Of a DNA stretch of 64,000 nucleotides, positions 63,298 through 64,000 are shown piece by piece. The position numbers and the translations under genes were made by a program. Each line of letters opens with the position of its first letter. Position 1 is the first letter of the stretch. Origin of the DNA: Fibrobacterales bacterium (GTDB lineage: Bacteria > Fibrobacterota > Fibrobacteria > Fibrobacterales > JAOPTW01). Where the stretch lies: the NCBI GenBank assembly GCA_051532055.1, contig JAOPTX010000047.1, positions 1 through 64,000 of the forward strand. The letters are read 5' to 3'. Under the pieces are notes generated by a model that saw only the letters and a program-made list of their open reading frames with translations, had not been told where the DNA came from and did no database searches.

Positions 63298-63392
63298 TGA
63301 AAGCAGAGAAAAAATAAACTCGAAAAATGGGAATTATAGAGCGCAATGAATAGTGTTTTGATTTATAGATTCATAGTGAGATTGAGGGAAAT

Positions 63393-64000
63393 ATGAAATT
63401 ACAGCATTATATATATGCCCTCTTGTTACTGACCGTTTTTTCTTGTGAGAGATTGCCGCCGTCAGGAACTGAGCCAGACCTGACAAATACAGGTGGGGTG
63501 AGTGATGTGTTACTGGTGTCGAGCAATGCAATACATGGAGACAGTAATGCCATACTTATGCTCTCTTCTCAAATGACAATGAGTTCAAGTCACTCGACCG
63601 TTTCAAGTGACCTGAACCCGATTGCCACACCGGTCTCCAGTGCACCCATGGCAGATTCCAATGTGCAACAATCCAGTGTGCAACAATCCAGTGAAGTCGC
63701 TTTGTCTCATGCATATCCTGGGGTTTCATCCGAAATTTCATCCCTCTCTTCAAGTCATTCTGTTAGGTGGAGCGTGTCAAGCACCGTGCTTTCATCATCT
63801 CGTACCCTCACATATTCATCTTCTCGTACACCAGTTACTGAGCTCTCTAGTGAACGGTCATCGAGTTCTTTTGTATCATCATCAGTCAGTAGTTCTTCCT
63901 CAATACTAGAGTCATCAAGTTTAGAGTTATCGAGTATGGTTCACGTATCGTCGAGTAGTGAGCGTTCTAATCAGTATGTCATATCTGCTAAAAAAGATTT
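63393..64000 (+). CDS. Ser-rich lipoprotein, N-terminal part (runs off window; absent from ORF track)
   Basis: GAGGG RBS, MKLQHYIYALLLLTVFSC lipobox, frame open to the window end. Confidence 0.85.
   Translation, partial: MKLQHYIYALLLLTVFSCERLPPSGTEPDLTNTGGVSDVLLVSSNAIHGDSNAILMLSSQMTMSSSHSTVSSDLNPIATPVSSAPMADSNVQQSSVQQSSEVALSHAYPGVSSEISSLSSSHSVRWSVSSTVLSSSRTLTYSSSRTPVTELSSERSSSSFVSSSVSSSSSILESSSLELSSMVHVSSSSERSNQYVISAKKD

Noticed and set aside
63334..63909. Short ORFs listed in the track near the window end
   Set aside because: Off-frame or antisense to the lipoprotein starting at 63393

Overview
64-kb chromosomal window from an AT-rich bacterium, very probably Fibrobacterota (inferred from two TIGR02147-like paralogues, many lipoproteins with Ser-rich linkers and T9SS-like C-terminal tails). 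Housekeeping loci (rnpB, tRNA-Gly-GCC, ligA, mutS, scpB, ppiC, HPr, Skp, TrmJ-like methylase, ABC transporters) are interspersed with secreted or glycan-related proteins (GH3, CBM9-like, NPCBM, DUF5060, CotH kinase, a 1932-aa cadherin-like repeat protein) and c-di-GMP/two-component signalling genes. I saw no CRISPR array, integrase or transposase. The best leads are non-coding or regulatory: (1) divergent sigma54 promoters with a TGCGAC repeat cluster between them, driving two beta/gamma-crystallin-like lipoproteins and a secreted hydrolase next to a PAS sigma54 activator; (2) an 83-bp block-conserved element duplicated upstream of two unrelated lipoprotein genes; (3) a G-U-rich multi-hairpin RNA candidate upstream of the DUF5060 gene; (4) an orphan flgB with tandem sigma28 and sigma54 promoters, whose atypical sigma54 site is nearly identical to the one upstream of the giant repeat protein; (5) a structured element at ~14.1 kb. 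All family calls come from motif recognition by eye; no searches were run.
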